DNA from: a candidate division WOR-3 bacterium
GTDB lineage: Bacteria; Hydrothermota; Hydrothermia; LBFQ01
Assembly: GCA_039802605.1 (NCBI GenBank)
Contig: JBDRWW010000002.1
Coordinates: 1-64,000 of the forward strand
Direction: 5' to 3'
DNA length: 64,000 nucleotides
In this document: positions 40,537-49,892 of the stretch, piece after piece
Position numbering within the stretch: the first letter of the stretch is position 1
Layout: the number at the start of each line of letters is the position of its first letter
Notes under the pieces: generated by a model
Database searches by the model: none
Seen by the model: the letters and a program-made list of their open reading frames with translations, nothing else
Told to the model about the DNA's origin: nothing
Translations under genes and position numbers: made by a program

Positions 40537-40995
40537 ATGATTGCGGTATTATACCCGAGGGATGATAAGTTGGCTATGGAGATAGCCATAAAGGTGGGTT
40601 TGGATTATGACAATGTATATGTTGCACCTACATACAGGATAAGGGAAAAAAATGTTTTAAGCGAGTTGGAGAAGGCCGAATACGGGATAATGTTGATTTT
40701 TGATCCAAAGGTTGGAATTGATGAAAAAACCAATAAAAGGTTTAATTTTTTGAAAGATAGGGTTAAAAAGATGTTCGTCATAATCCCTGATGTTTTGAAA
40801 ACAAATGTTAAGGCCAATGGGAAAATAGAATTCGTGGAGTTTAGGAGCAACGACTATAACGATTTGATTTCCAAGTTAAACGCTTTGGTGAATAGGTTAA
40901 ATTCGGAAAAGGTACAATCGGAAAACTTTATTTTACTCCTTTTGGTAATTGTTTTCATAATAGCCCTTTTAATAACAATCAAAACCTCAAAGTAA
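40537..40995 (+). CDS. Hypothetical alpha/beta (TIR-like?) protein with C-terminal TM helix
   Basis: 152 aa with alternating beta/alpha pattern and terminal FILLLLVIVFIIALLITI; TAAAAT 6 nt upstream. Confidence 0.65.
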   Translation: MIAVLYPRDDKLAMEIAIKVGLDYDNVYVAPTYRIREKNVLSELEKAEYGIMLIFDPKVGIDEKTNKRFNFLKDRVKKMFVIIPDVLKTNVKANGKIEFVEFRSNDYNDLISKLNALVNRLNSEKVQSENFILLLLVIVFIIALLITIKTSK

Positions 40996-41493
40996 ATGCG
41001 AATTGTGGTTATTGATTCCGATGTTTTAATAGATATTGAAAATATCGTTTCAACTAGCCGCGAGATTTTGAGGAAAGTAATAAAAACTTTTCTAATATCT
41101 TTTTGCGGGGCGAATTATATTTTGATACCCAAGACCGTAAGTAAAGAGGTGGGCGAACGCATAATTCAAAACTTACATTATTATTCCAACGACTTTGTAG
41201 GTTTTGAGATTTGCGAGATTTCAAATCAAAGGGAAATTGAAAACCTGGTTAATAGGTTTTTTAAGGTTGTAAAGGCTAGCAAAGAACACCGGGGAGAAGC
41301 CGATGCTATAAATCAGATTTTAAAAATTGGGAAGATGGATAACAAAACCAAAATAAAACGATATGGTTCCAATAGAATTGAACTTATATTTGTATCCGGA
41401 GATAAAGGGGCTTTAAATGTTGCGGAAAATTTGGGGATAGAGTTTATAAACTGGAAGGTTATTAAACCGTATTTAATGGAGATTTCAAGATAA
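40996..41493 (+). CDS. PIN-domain nuclease-like protein
   Basis: IVVIDSDVLI...V..EV...HRGEADAI...FVSGDKGA, the acidic PIN tetrad (DUF3368-like). Confidence 0.75.
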   Translation: MRIVVIDSDVLIDIENIVSTSREILRKVIKTFLISFCGANYILIPKTVSKEVGERIIQNLHYYSNDFVGFEICEISNQREIENLVNRFFKVVKASKEHRGEADAINQILKIGKMDNKTKIKRYGSNRIELIFVSGDKGALNVAENLGIEFINWKVIKPYLMEISR

Positions 41494-44400
41494 TCCACCT
41501 TCAATTAGTTTAACCTCCTCTTCTGTTAAGCCGTAGAGTTTATAGACAATCTCATCTATTTGTTTTTCAATGGCTTTGACCTCTTCCCGTTTTTGCTTGT
41601 TTGTTTCGTAATCGGGAGATTGGGTTAAGGAGAGGATTTTATCCACAAGGTCAACAATTGGTTTTTGTTGTGATTCGGAAATTTTGGGAATGGGAATGCG
41701 TTCTACATATTGATTGGAAAGCAGAAAGCCCTTATCGGCATATTGATGAACATAAGTTTTAACATAATAATCAATGGGGCGAGAATTTAGCACACCTATT
41801 AAAAAGCGAAGATTATTCCCAACCATAAAAGCCATAGAGTCAAGAACATACATACCCTTCGGTGTTAAACAAAACGCGAATTGTTGAGTCACCCTTTGCC
41901 ACACAATCTTTTCCTTTTCAAATTCTTTTAGAAAATCATCTGTTGGATTGTTATCAAGTTCAAGCCAGTGGTGTTGGCCGGGGTAATCTTTATTTTCATT
42001 GTTTTTTCCACCCCTCGTATAGCGACATTGTCCCCTTGCTTTGAGTTGCTTTTCGTATTTTGATAAATGTTCTACAACAGATGGATAAAGATGTGCTTCT
42101 TTATAAAAACCGAATTTTGCCAAAATCACCCACAACCCCGCCCATTTATATCTCCACTTTTCTATATCTCTACCTCTCAAAACCGGCTTGATTATCTCTT
42201 CTGTCCTCTTTCTCTCTTCCTCTGTTTTGCAATTAGCGAGGATTTTGTTTCTCGTTTCCGTATCAATAATAAACGCTTCGTTAAAACCTGTTTTTATTCC
42301 AAAATAAATTTTCACCCTCCAATCCTTCAAAGGTTTCCCAACCTTCTCAATCTTCTCTTTTAATCTCAGAACCCTCAAATCCTCAATTATGAAAATGTTT
42401 TCCGTAAATGCAACATTCTGAGGAACTAAGAACTTGTTTTTGTTGAAGTATTCAAAAATGCTTACGGTTTCCTTTCCCCTCTCTTGATATTCTTTAATTT
42501 CCTCGTATTCCAGGCCTTCCGTAAAAACCAAATCCCTATCCACAACCTTACAAACCTCAACATTGTGGTCGTTATTTGGCTTCTCCTTTTTTATTATGAA
42601 AATCGCCGTATCAACCGTAGCATCCTTGAAAACCCTATAACCTGCAAAATCTATTACCTTGACGATTTTGAAGTTGTTGGAAATATACCTCCTCAAATCC
42701 TTGCCATAAGATGCCCTCATAAATTTGTTTGATGTTATTAAACCCAAATATCCGCCATTCTTCAAAAGACTAAGCCCCCTTTCGTAGAAATAAACATATA
42801 TATCCGCCCTACTATTAAAGGTGTTTTTGAAAAATTTCTCCAAAGACTCCTTAAAACCCTTTAACCTCTCCTGCCTTATATAGGGCGGATTTCCCAGAAC
42901 AACATCAAAGCCATCCTTCGCATCCGGAAACTCAATTATGAAGTGGAAAGGCTTTAAGTTTAAATCCAATTTTGGGATTTCCTCGTTTAACTTTTCCCTA
43001 AATTCAACTATTCCCCTTTCAAATTGTTTATAAATCTCTTCACTCCTTTCAACCTCTTCAATGGTGGCATCGTTTAATTCGTCTATGGTTTTAATGAGGT
43101 GCTGTAATTTTTGAAAGGCCGGTGATTTCCCAAACCAATCCAGTGGTTGAAGCCCATGACCATAAACACTATTTCCAACCTTTATATGGTGGTCTAAGAA
43201 TGTTAAGGGTAATCCGGTGGAAAATGTATGAAGCCATAGAGATACTTTTGCCAATTCGGTGGCAAGGGGGTTTATATCAACACCATAAACGCAACGCTTT
43301 AAGACAATCCTTTTTATCGTGTTTTCATCGTAATCCGCAAATCTGCTTTTATATTCCATCTCCTCTTCAAACCTGTTTATAACCATTAAAATCCTATCCA
43401 CCAAAAAATTAACAACTTCAACCAGAAAATGCCCACTTCCAACAGCAGGGTCAAGAACCTTTAAACTCAAAATCCTCTCAACGGGGTCGTTCATCCTCTT
43501 CAACTCCTCCCTCATCTCCCTCGCACTTTTATCCCTTATTCTTCCGTTTTCCTCAACCTTTGGGTCTAGATTTAACCTCTTAAACTCCTTTAACAGTTCC
43601 TCCTTTCCCATCCCTTCAATCCTTTCAAAATCCCTCTTGGTGTCCTGTATAATCTCGTTAATCTTTAAGCCCAATGTGTTCTCAACTATGAATTTAACCA
43701 CAAAATCGGGCGTGTAATAAACCCCTTCCATCTTCCTCGTAGTGCTTTTACCCTCACCCTTCTCCAAAAACAAACCATCGCGATTAACCTTTAAGTCATA
43801 TTCCAAAACCGTCTCGTAAATACTTCCCAAATTCCTAACCGAAAGCGTCCTGTAATTTATATAATTTCCCTCGTAATACGATAAAGCCCCCAAAACCTCC
43901 GCAATTACCCTATCGCTTAGCCTATATTTATCAAAGAATTCGTCGCTTCTAAACAAACCGCCGTTATACTTCGGAAAGTTTAAATTTTCATCCCCCTCGT
44001 CCATCATTTTGAAAGCCGCTTTTAAGTCTTCCCAAAGAGTATATGACTTATCCGAAAAATTCTTCCCATTTACTTCCTTCCTCAACTTCCTCGTACTATA
44101 ACTGCCTAGGTCTAACAAGCCCCTATCCTCCGCATAGAAAAGGAATAAAAGCCTATACAAAAGGATTAGGGTTTTTTCCTTCAAAACCTGTAAGTTCTTC
44201 TCCCCCTGTTTGTAAAACTCCCCCGCTATTAAAGGTATAACCTCATAGAAAACCTTTTTTGTCAAATCCTCCGAAACCCTGAAACGATAACCCTCGCTCA
44301 TGTATATAGCCTTTTCCAGGTTATCTGGAAAATTTTTTGCATTTAGCAAATGATAGTACAGCGAAAATGATTTTATGTTTTTTTCGTTGTTGAATATGTC

Positions 44401-44889
44401 GTTTTTTGCCAAGGCCGAAAAGTCAAACTCAACATAATCTTCAAGCTTCCCCTCGTAATAAATCCTATACCTAAGTCCATCGGTTAAAACACCAAACCTT
44501 ATGGTTTTCCTAATTTCATAATCAACGAGGTAGTTTTTAACTTGCCTCGCCGGACTTCTTCCACCACTTGCCTTATCAAAATCCACCCCTATCCTTTTGG
44601 CCTCAATTAGCAATACGGGTTTTCCATCCTTATAAACCTCAATGTCCGGCCTGAACCCGCCGCTCCTACCGCCTTCCCTATGCCAATCATCATAACCTAG
44701 TATATCTATAAAAACGGGTCTCAATATGTGATCGACAACATCGGCCTCGTTTTTAACCCTGTTTAGAGCCGTTTTTATAACCCCCTTGAAAGCCTCAAAC
44801 CCGTCCTTATACTTGTCTTTAATTTCATTGTATATAAGTTCTAAGATGAACTCGCTTAAAAGGTTTCCGCTTAGGCCCGTCAAGGACAT
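41485..44889 (-). CDS. Type IIG (Eco57I-like) restriction-modification enzyme
   Basis: RPD...IEAK nuclease, LLYRLLFLFYAED, YNGGLF, GVYYTP, LDPAVGSGHFL, GNPPY (N6-adenine MTase), TaqI_C-like TRD, IDEIVYKLYGL tail. Confidence 0.93.
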   Translation of the reverse strand: MSLTGLSGNLLSEFILELIYNEIKDKYKDGFEAFKGVIKTALNRVKNEADVVDHILRPVFIDILGYDDWHREGGRSGGFRPDIEVYKDGKPVLLIEAKRIGVDFDKASGGRSPARQVKNYLVDYEIRKTIRFGVLTDGLRYRIYYEGKLEDYVEFDFSALAKNDIFNNEKNIKSFSLYYHLLNAKNFPDNLEKAIYMSEGYRFRVSEDLTKKVFYEVIPLIAGEFYKQGEKNLQVLKEKTLILLYRLLFLFYAEDRGLLDLGSYSTRKLRKEVNGKNFSDKSYTLWEDLKAAFKMMDEGDENLNFPKYNGGLFRSDEFFDKYRLSDRVIAEVLGALSYYEGNYINYRTLSVRNLGSIYETVLEYDLKVNRDGLFLEKGEGKSTTRKMEGVYYTPDFVVKFIVENTLGLKINEIIQDTKRDFERIEGMGKEELLKEFKRLNLDPKVEENGRIRDKSAREMREELKRMNDPVERILSLKVLDPAVGSGHFLVEVVNFLVDRILMVINRFEEEMEYKSRFADYDENTIKRIVLKRCVYGVDINPLATELAKVSLWLHTFSTGLPLTFLDHHIKVGNSVYGHGLQPLDWFGKSPAFQKLQHLIKTIDELNDATIEEVERSEEIYKQFERGIVEFREKLNEEIPKLDLNLKPFHFIIEFPDAKDGFDVVLGNPPYIRQERLKGFKESLEKFFKNTFNSRADIYVYFYERGLSLLKNGGYLGLITSNKFMRASYGKDLRRYISNNFKIVKVIDFAGYRVFKDATVDTAIFIIKKEKPNNDHNVEVCKVVDRDLVFTEGLEYEEIKEYQERGKETVSIFEYFNKNKFLVPQNVAFTENIFIIEDLRVLRLKEKIEKVGKPLKDWRVKIYFGIKTGFNEAFIIDTETRNKILANCKTEEERKRTEEIIKPVLRGRDIEKWRYKWAGLWVILAKFGFYKEAHLYPSVVEHLSKYEKQLKARGQCRYTRGGKNNENKDYPGQHHWLELDNNPTDDFLKEFEKEKIVWQRVTQQFAFCLTPKGMYVLDSMAFMVGNNLRFLIGVLNSRPIDYYVKTYVHQYADKGFLLSNQYVERIPIPKISESQQKPIVDLVDKILSLTQSPDYETNKQKREEVKAIEKQIDEIVYKLYGLTEEEVKLIEGGLS

Positions 44890-44899
44890 TTATACAAAA

Positions 44900-44983
44900 T
44901 GCCGGGAGCGGGACTCGAACCCGCACGGGACTAAGCCCACTGGATCCTAAGTCCAGCGCGTCTGCCAATTCCGCCACCCCGGC
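44900..44983 (-). tRNA. tRNA-Leu(TAG)
   Basis: GCCGGGGTGGCGGAATTGGCAGACGCGCTGGAC-TTAGGA-TCCAG, long variable arm, GGTTCGAGTCC, CCCGGCA end; CCA not encoded. Confidence 0.97.
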
Positions 44984-45056
44984 AAGGCGAATATTATAAA
45001 GATGATAAAACCACCTTAAAACTTTAAGAATTAGCGTTTAACCCGGTTTCTTCGGA

Positions 45057-46397
45057 TTACTTTCCTAGTTCCGCCAAAACCCTCCTAACCTCTTCCCTAG
45101 CCCTTTTCGCATCCTGGACGAATTTCTCAACAAGGTTCATAGGGCAGAATGGACCACACATTGAACATGCAACGGTTTTTGATGCCCTCTGCTCAAATAT
45201 CTCCCTTGCCTTTTTGGGGTCTAACGCTAATGAGAGTTGCGCCTCCCAATCCAAGGCGTACCTGGCCCTTGACATCGCCAAATCCCATTCGGCCGCACCC
45301 TTAACACCCTTTGCTATATCCGCAACATGGGCCGCTATCTTGAATGCTATTACTCCTTCCCTTACATGTTCAACCGTTGGTAACCCCAAGTGTTCGGCGG
45401 GTGTTATATAACACAGCATATCCGCACCCGCCCATCCTGCAACCGCACCGCCTATTGCCCCCGCTATGTGATCCCAACCGGCCGCCACATCCGTTGGAAG
45501 CATTCCGAGGATATAAAACGGAGCCCCCTTTGTTATCTTCTTTTGGGCTATAACCTGAGCCTGGATCTCGTTTAAGGGCACATGCCCCGGACCCTCCACC
45601 ATCACCTGAACGCCCGCATCCCTACACCTATCAACGAGCTCACCCAAAACCAAAAGTTCGTGTATTTGAGGCCTATCAAAACTATCCGCTATGCTTCCGG
45701 GCCTTAGGGAATCGCCGAGGCTAACCGTAACATCGTATGTGCGCATTATATCAAGTATATCGTCAAACCTTTCAAGCAAGGGGTTTTCCCTATTGTGATA
45801 CATCATCCAAGCGGCCAACAAACCACCACCCCTGGAAACAACCCAAGTCGTCCTTCCCTGATTCTTCATAAACCTTAAACCTTCAAGGGTTATACCGGCG
45901 TGTATGGTCATAAAATCAACTCCATCCCTTGCATGCGTCTCTATGGCCTCTATGAAATCGTCGGGTTCAAGGTCAAAAACCGAGCCCTTTTTCTTCGCCG
46001 CATCAAATTCCGCCTCATAAACCGGAACACTACCGAGGGGAACTTCGCATATTTCCATTAAAGCCCTTCTTATAGCCCTTAAATCTCCACCTGTTGATAA
46101 GTCCATAACCGTATCCGCACCGGCTTCAACGGCGACCAAAAGTTTTTGCTTTTCCTCCTCCACATCCACATAATCAAAAGATGTTCCGATATTGGCATTA
46201 ACCTTAGTCTTTAAACCCTTGCCTATTCCTACGAGTTTTCTCAGGTTCTTTGAAAGGTGTATTTTGTTTGCCGGGATAACTATTTCCCCACGGGCCACAC
46301 CCTCCATTATAACCCTCGGGTCAAGCCCCTCAACATCTGCAACATATTCCATTTCGGGGGTAATTATACCCCTCTTTGCCGCTTCCAATTGCGTCAT
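45057..46397 (-). CDS. thiC: Phosphomethylpyrimidine synthase
   Basis: KVNANIGTS, DTVMDLSTG, SRGG, EGPGHVP, EHLGLP, CSMCGPFC. Confidence 0.97.
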   Translation of the reverse strand: MTQLEAAKRGIITPEMEYVADVEGLDPRVIMEGVARGEIVIPANKIHLSKNLRKLVGIGKGLKTKVNANIGTSFDYVDVEEEKQKLLVAVEAGADTVMDLSTGGDLRAIRRALMEICEVPLGSVPVYEAEFDAAKKKGSVFDLEPDDFIEAIETHARDGVDFMTIHAGITLEGLRFMKNQGRTTWVVSRGGGLLAAWMMYHNRENPLLERFDDILDIMRTYDVTVSLGDSLRPGSIADSFDRPQIHELLVLGELVDRCRDAGVQVMVEGPGHVPLNEIQAQVIAQKKITKGAPFYILGMLPTDVAAGWDHIAGAIGGAVAGWAGADMLCYITPAEHLGLPTVEHVREGVIAFKIAAHVADIAKGVKGAAEWDLAMSRARYALDWEAQLSLALDPKKAREIFEQRASKTVACSMCGPFCPMNLVEKFVQDAKRAREEVRRVLAELGK

Positions 46398-46441
46398 ATT
46401 TTTATCTCCTTTGGGGGGCGCGATGGCCCCCCATTTTACCC

Positions 46442-47215
46442 TTAAACTTTAACCTCTAAGTTCTCCAAAACCAAACGCGCAGCCTTCTTTCCGGAAAGGA
46501 GCATTCCGCCGAATGTTGGCCCCATCCTGTTAAGTCCGAAGGTTTCCGCAACGGCCATTCCGCACACTATTAGGCCGGGATATACCTCGGTTGTGTATTC
46601 AACCACCGCATCTTCCGAAGCATTCACATTCATGGCCCCTAATCCCTTTATCTCAACCAGACCCCTGTTCGCCAACTTCTTAACCGCTACGGCGTCGTGT
46701 CCGGATGCATCTATTACGAACTTCCCTTCAAGGGCTATGGGGTCAACGCAGGTTATAGACCTCGGCAATGCCCTTACGGGGCTCCAATTCACAACCACAC
46801 CCGATACCCTGTTATCCTTTACGACTAAGTCGTCTAAGAATGTTAGTTGTAGGAAACGAACACCGCTTTCGGCCGCCGCTGCTATTAACTTTGAGGCTGC
46901 TAAGGGTCCATACGCCGCGTATAAGCCGTCTTCAACCTCCTCGTATCTCACCCCTATCTCGTCAAATATCTCGTTTGCGGGATGGCGCACCGTGACGGTG
47001 TTCATAAAGTATCCACCGAGCCAGAAGCCACCTCCGAGGTAGTTGTTCTGCTCAATTACGAATACCTTTAATCCGGCCTTGGCGAGTTCGTAAGATGCTA
47101 CTAATCCCGAAGGACCCGCACCTATCACAAACACATCCGCGTTTAAAGCCTCGGAGAGGTATATAGCCTTACTAATTGCTGCTTCGCTTATGCCTTTAAA
47201 TATTCCGTTTTTCAT
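46442..47215 (-). CDS. thi4: Thi4-family thiazole synthase (Cys-type)
   Basis: GAGPSGL, GGGFWLGG, TCVDP, DASGHD, RMGPTFGGMLLSG; under a TPP riboswitch with thiC. Confidence 0.94.
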   Translation of the reverse strand: MKNGIFKGISEAAISKAIYLSEALNADVFVIGAGPSGLVASYELAKAGLKVFVIEQNNYLGGGFWLGGYFMNTVTVRHPANEIFDEIGVRYEEVEDGLYAAYGPLAASKLIAAAAESGVRFLQLTFLDDLVVKDNRVSGVVVNWSPVRALPRSITCVDPIALEGKFVIDASGHDAVAVKKLANRGLVEIKGLGAMNVNASEDAVVEYTTEVYPGLIVCGMAVAETFGLNRMGPTFGGMLLSGKKAARLVLENLEVKV

Positions 47216-47275
47216 GGCTTCCCTACTTTTCTATATTGTATTAAACCTACCGGGGAGCCTTGGAACCTGATGGAA

Positions 47276-47375
47276 GGGCACCTTCCCTACGCCGGTATTA
47301 CCCGGATCAGGTTCCAAGGGTTGGACCCATTCGGGTCCTCTCAGCCGGGGCTTGCCCCCAGCACCCCCGGTGCCC
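47276..47375 (-). ncRNA. TPP riboswitch
   Basis: Minus strand: gggcaccGGGGTGC...GCTGAGA...ACCCTTGGAACCTGATCCGGGTAATACCGGCGTAGGGAAggtgccc; upstream of thi4-thiC. Confidence 0.97.
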
Positions 47376-47385
47376 GTAATGGGTA

Positions 47386-47775
47386 TTATAAGGGTGTCTT
47401 TTTTATCCTGTTTATGAAGGATTTAACCTTGGATAGTAAATCCACCATTTCTAAAAGTTCTGCCTCCGAAATCCTTTCGTACTCATGGGCTATGAGGTTT
47501 CTTAAAAATATAAGCCTTTTGGTGTAATTGAGTTCATCCTTTGTTATAATTCCCGCTTTATAAAGTATCTCAAATATTTCCCTGTAAGTTGATGGATAAC
47601 CCAGCATTTTCTTGCCCACCAAATATTCCCCAATTTCTATAAGGGAATTTACCGCCTGAAAGCATTCCATAGCCAAGGTGTTGTAGATTAAGTAGTCCGA
47701 AATGTCCTTATTTTTAAGTTTTAACGCCCCATTTAAATGCCTTTCAAACCTTAAAACGGCCTTTGACAATCTCAT
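47386..47775 (-). CDS. hepT: HepT-like HEPN ribonuclease toxin (DUF86)
   Basis: RNLIAHEY (Rx4H plus downstream Tyr), P.TYREIF..L...GII. Confidence 0.9.
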   Translation of the reverse strand: MRLSKAVLRFERHLNGALKLKNKDISDYLIYNTLAMECFQAVNSLIEIGEYLVGKKMLGYPSTYREIFEILYKAGIITKDELNYTKRLIFLRNLIAHEYERISEAELLEMVDLLSKVKSFINRIKKTPL

Positions 47776-48137
47776 TTTAGGATTTCCCTTTCCAAAAACC
47801 TATAAAGTCTTGCGTGTTCCAAGTAATCCCTTATGACCCTAAACCTTATTTCCCCCAAGAATTCTTCGTCGGCAACATATATTTCTTTCCCATACTTTAA
47901 AACTTCGTATTGTATATATACCGGCAATCTGTGGAACAGCACGACATCCACATTCCTTGAATATAAACTCCCTATATCCGCCTCATCCCATCTATCCGGT
48001 TCTTTCAGTATCACCGCAATATCAACATCGGATAAAGGCTTTTCTTCACCCCTTGCAAAAGAACCAAAAATATAAATCGCCACGGTTTTTGGATGTTTCT
48101 TTATGATTTCTATTATCTTTTCAACCTCAGTAGGCAT
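47772..48137 (-). CDS. mntA: Minimal nucleotidyltransferase antitoxin (MntA-like)
   Basis: FGSFARG...SDVDIAV...VDVV; overlaps the HEPN gene start (ATGA). Confidence 0.9.
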   Translation of the reverse strand: MPTEVEKIIEIIKKHPKTVAIYIFGSFARGEEKPLSDVDIAVILKEPDRWDEADIGSLYSRNVDVVLFHRLPVYIQYEVLKYGKEIYVADEEFLGEIRFRVIRDYLEHARLYRFLEREILK

Positions 48138-48211
48138 AAGGGGATTATAAAGTTGAAGCGTAATTATGATTACTCCGCAAACAGACCTTACCCCCTTATA
48201 ATATCCACATT

Positions 48212-49771
48212 ATGGTAGGTATGCTATTCATAATTGCCGGCGGAGGACCCGATGGATATGGGTATTACTGGTTTGATAACGGTGATGGGGTGCCTTTTGA
48301 GTGGTATGACCTGCAAAATCCACCCTCATGGGCGTATGTCCCTATAATGGATTCCGCGGATGGTACATTGGCAAATGCCATGTGGATACCAACCTCTGCA
48401 CAAACGAGGATAACGGGAGGTGACGAGCAGTATAACAACTCACAAACCCTACCCTTTAATATTACATATTTTGGAAATACCATACCCGCGGGTTCTAATT
48501 TTACAATCTCAACAAACGGTTGGCTTGCATTCGCTTCATACACTTCACCATACCTTTCAAACACATCGTTTCCAAATCCCGCCTTACCAAACAACATAAT
48601 AGCACCTTTTTGGGATGACCTCGCGAGTAGGGTATGGGTGGGTGTAATAAATGATATAAGGACATATTGGCCACTCTGGCCCGATTCAACGGCCGCTTTG
48701 GTTATAACATGGGATAGTGCGGGTTATTGGTTATCCTCCGACTCAAAGGTTGCGGAATTTCAGGTTGTAATACTTGATACCACGGATCCGAACGGGAACA
48801 ACATAATTGCGTTTATATACAAATCCCCATTGGTTGGAACGGCTACGAGAAGCGCATCCATAGGGTTTGAAAATTCAACGGGCACAATGGGGAATGCTTA
48901 CACGGGAGTTTTAAGCGTTGGTACAACACCTTCCGCAACAAACTTTAACCCCGGTGTGGTCGTATTCAACTCGGCTTATATACCGGGTGACTCCGATGTT
49001 GTGTTTTTGGGTAGCGGTGATGAGTACTTATTCACATACAATTTGCCCTTTGATGTCAAGTTTTATGGCACAACATACGCCGCCGGTTCTCCGGTAAAGA
49101 TATCAACAAATGGTTTCATATCCTTTGATGCGAGTATAACATCACCTTATTTGAGTAATTCTTCCATACCTTCAACATTGTCGCCCAACGCTTTATTGGC
49201 AATATGGTGGGATGATAATGTTGTTGATGGGGCGATAAAGACAAAGGTTATAGGAACGGCGCCGAATAGGAAATGGGTTGTTAGGTGGGAGAGGGTTAGG
49301 AGGTATGGGGGTTCAGGTGGCACGGCGGATTTTGAGGTTATAGTTTATGAGGATACAACATCAACGGGCGACAACAAAATAGTATTCTCCTACAACGATA
49401 CAAACTTTGGGTCTTCAACACCAAGTGCCACCATAGGTATAGAGAATCAAACGGGTTCCATTGGATTACCCTATACGGGTAGCAGGATAACCGGGACACA
49501 ACCGAACATATCCGCAATACTTGATAGCACATCTATATTATACCAAACCGAAATCTTCACATCCGTTTCGGAAAGGGCTAATATGTTTAGCGTGTTCATA
49601 ACAAAAGAGGGTGTGAAAGTTATCGGAAAGGCCAATGTGGATGTTTACAACGCCATTGGTAAAAAGGTTTTATCTTCAACTGTTGAGAATTCCACTTTAA
49701 AACTTGAAGACCTTCCAAGGGGTATATACTTCATACGCGTAGGAGACAAAACCTATAAGTTTATCAGGTAA
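48212..49771 (+). CDS. Secreted protein with two tandem NIDO-like domains and T9SS-like CTD
   Basis: GGPDGYGY start; duplicated LPF...F/YG...ISTNG...SPYLSN...PN...A.(F/W)WDD...A(S/T)IG.EN.TG; VYNAIGKKV...LPRGIYFIR...KF. Confidence 0.82.
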   Translation: MVGMLFIIAGGGPDGYGYYWFDNGDGVPFEWYDLQNPPSWAYVPIMDSADGTLANAMWIPTSAQTRITGGDEQYNNSQTLPFNITYFGNTIPAGSNFTISTNGWLAFASYTSPYLSNTSFPNPALPNNIIAPFWDDLASRVWVGVINDIRTYWPLWPDSTAALVITWDSAGYWLSSDSKVAEFQVVILDTTDPNGNNIIAFIYKSPLVGTATRSASIGFENSTGTMGNAYTGVLSVGTTPSATNFNPGVVVFNSAYIPGDSDVVFLGSGDEYLFTYNLPFDVKFYGTTYAAGSPVKISTNGFISFDASITSPYLSNSSIPSTLSPNALLAIWWDDNVVDGAIKTKVIGTAPNRKWVVRWERVRRYGGSGGTADFEVIVYEDTTSTGDNKIVFSYNDTNFGSSTPSATIGIENQTGSIGLPYTGSRITGTQPNISAILDSTSILYQTEIFTSVSERANMFSVFITKEGVKVIGKANVDVYNAIGKKVLSSTVENSTLKLEDLPRGIYFIRVGDKTYKFIR

Positions 49772-49778
49772 TACAAAC

Positions 49779-49802
49779 GGGGGAGGGGGAAACCCTTCCC
49801 CC
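49779..49802 (+). terminator. GC-rich hairpin after the 48212-49771 gene
   Basis: GGGGGAGGG-GGAAA-CCCTTCCCCC stem-loop 8 nt after the stop; weak U-tail. Confidence 0.4.
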
Positions 49803-49819
49803 TTATAATATCATCTCGC

Positions 49820-49892
49820 GGGGCCGTAGCTCAATTGGCAGAGCAGCGGACTCATAATCCGTGGGTTGGGGGTTCGAGTCCCTCCGGCCCCA
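49820..49892 (+). tRNA. tRNA with CAT anticodon (Ile2/lysidine or elongator Met; not initiator)
   Basis: GGGGCCG-TAGCTCAATTGGCAGAGC-AGCGGA-CTCATAA-TCCGT...GGTTCGAGTCC-CGGCCCC-A. G1-C72 is paired and the three consecutive anticodon-stem G-C pairs of fMet tRNA are absent; CCA not encoded. Confidence 0.93.

Noticed and set aside
47270..47527. 85-aa plus-strand ORF
   Set aside because: Antisense to the TPP riboswitch and hepT, with no protein-like features.
47386..48137. MNT-HEPN pair as a novel system
   Set aside because: It is the well-described HepT/MntA toxin-antitoxin family, common in thermophiles; listed as features only.
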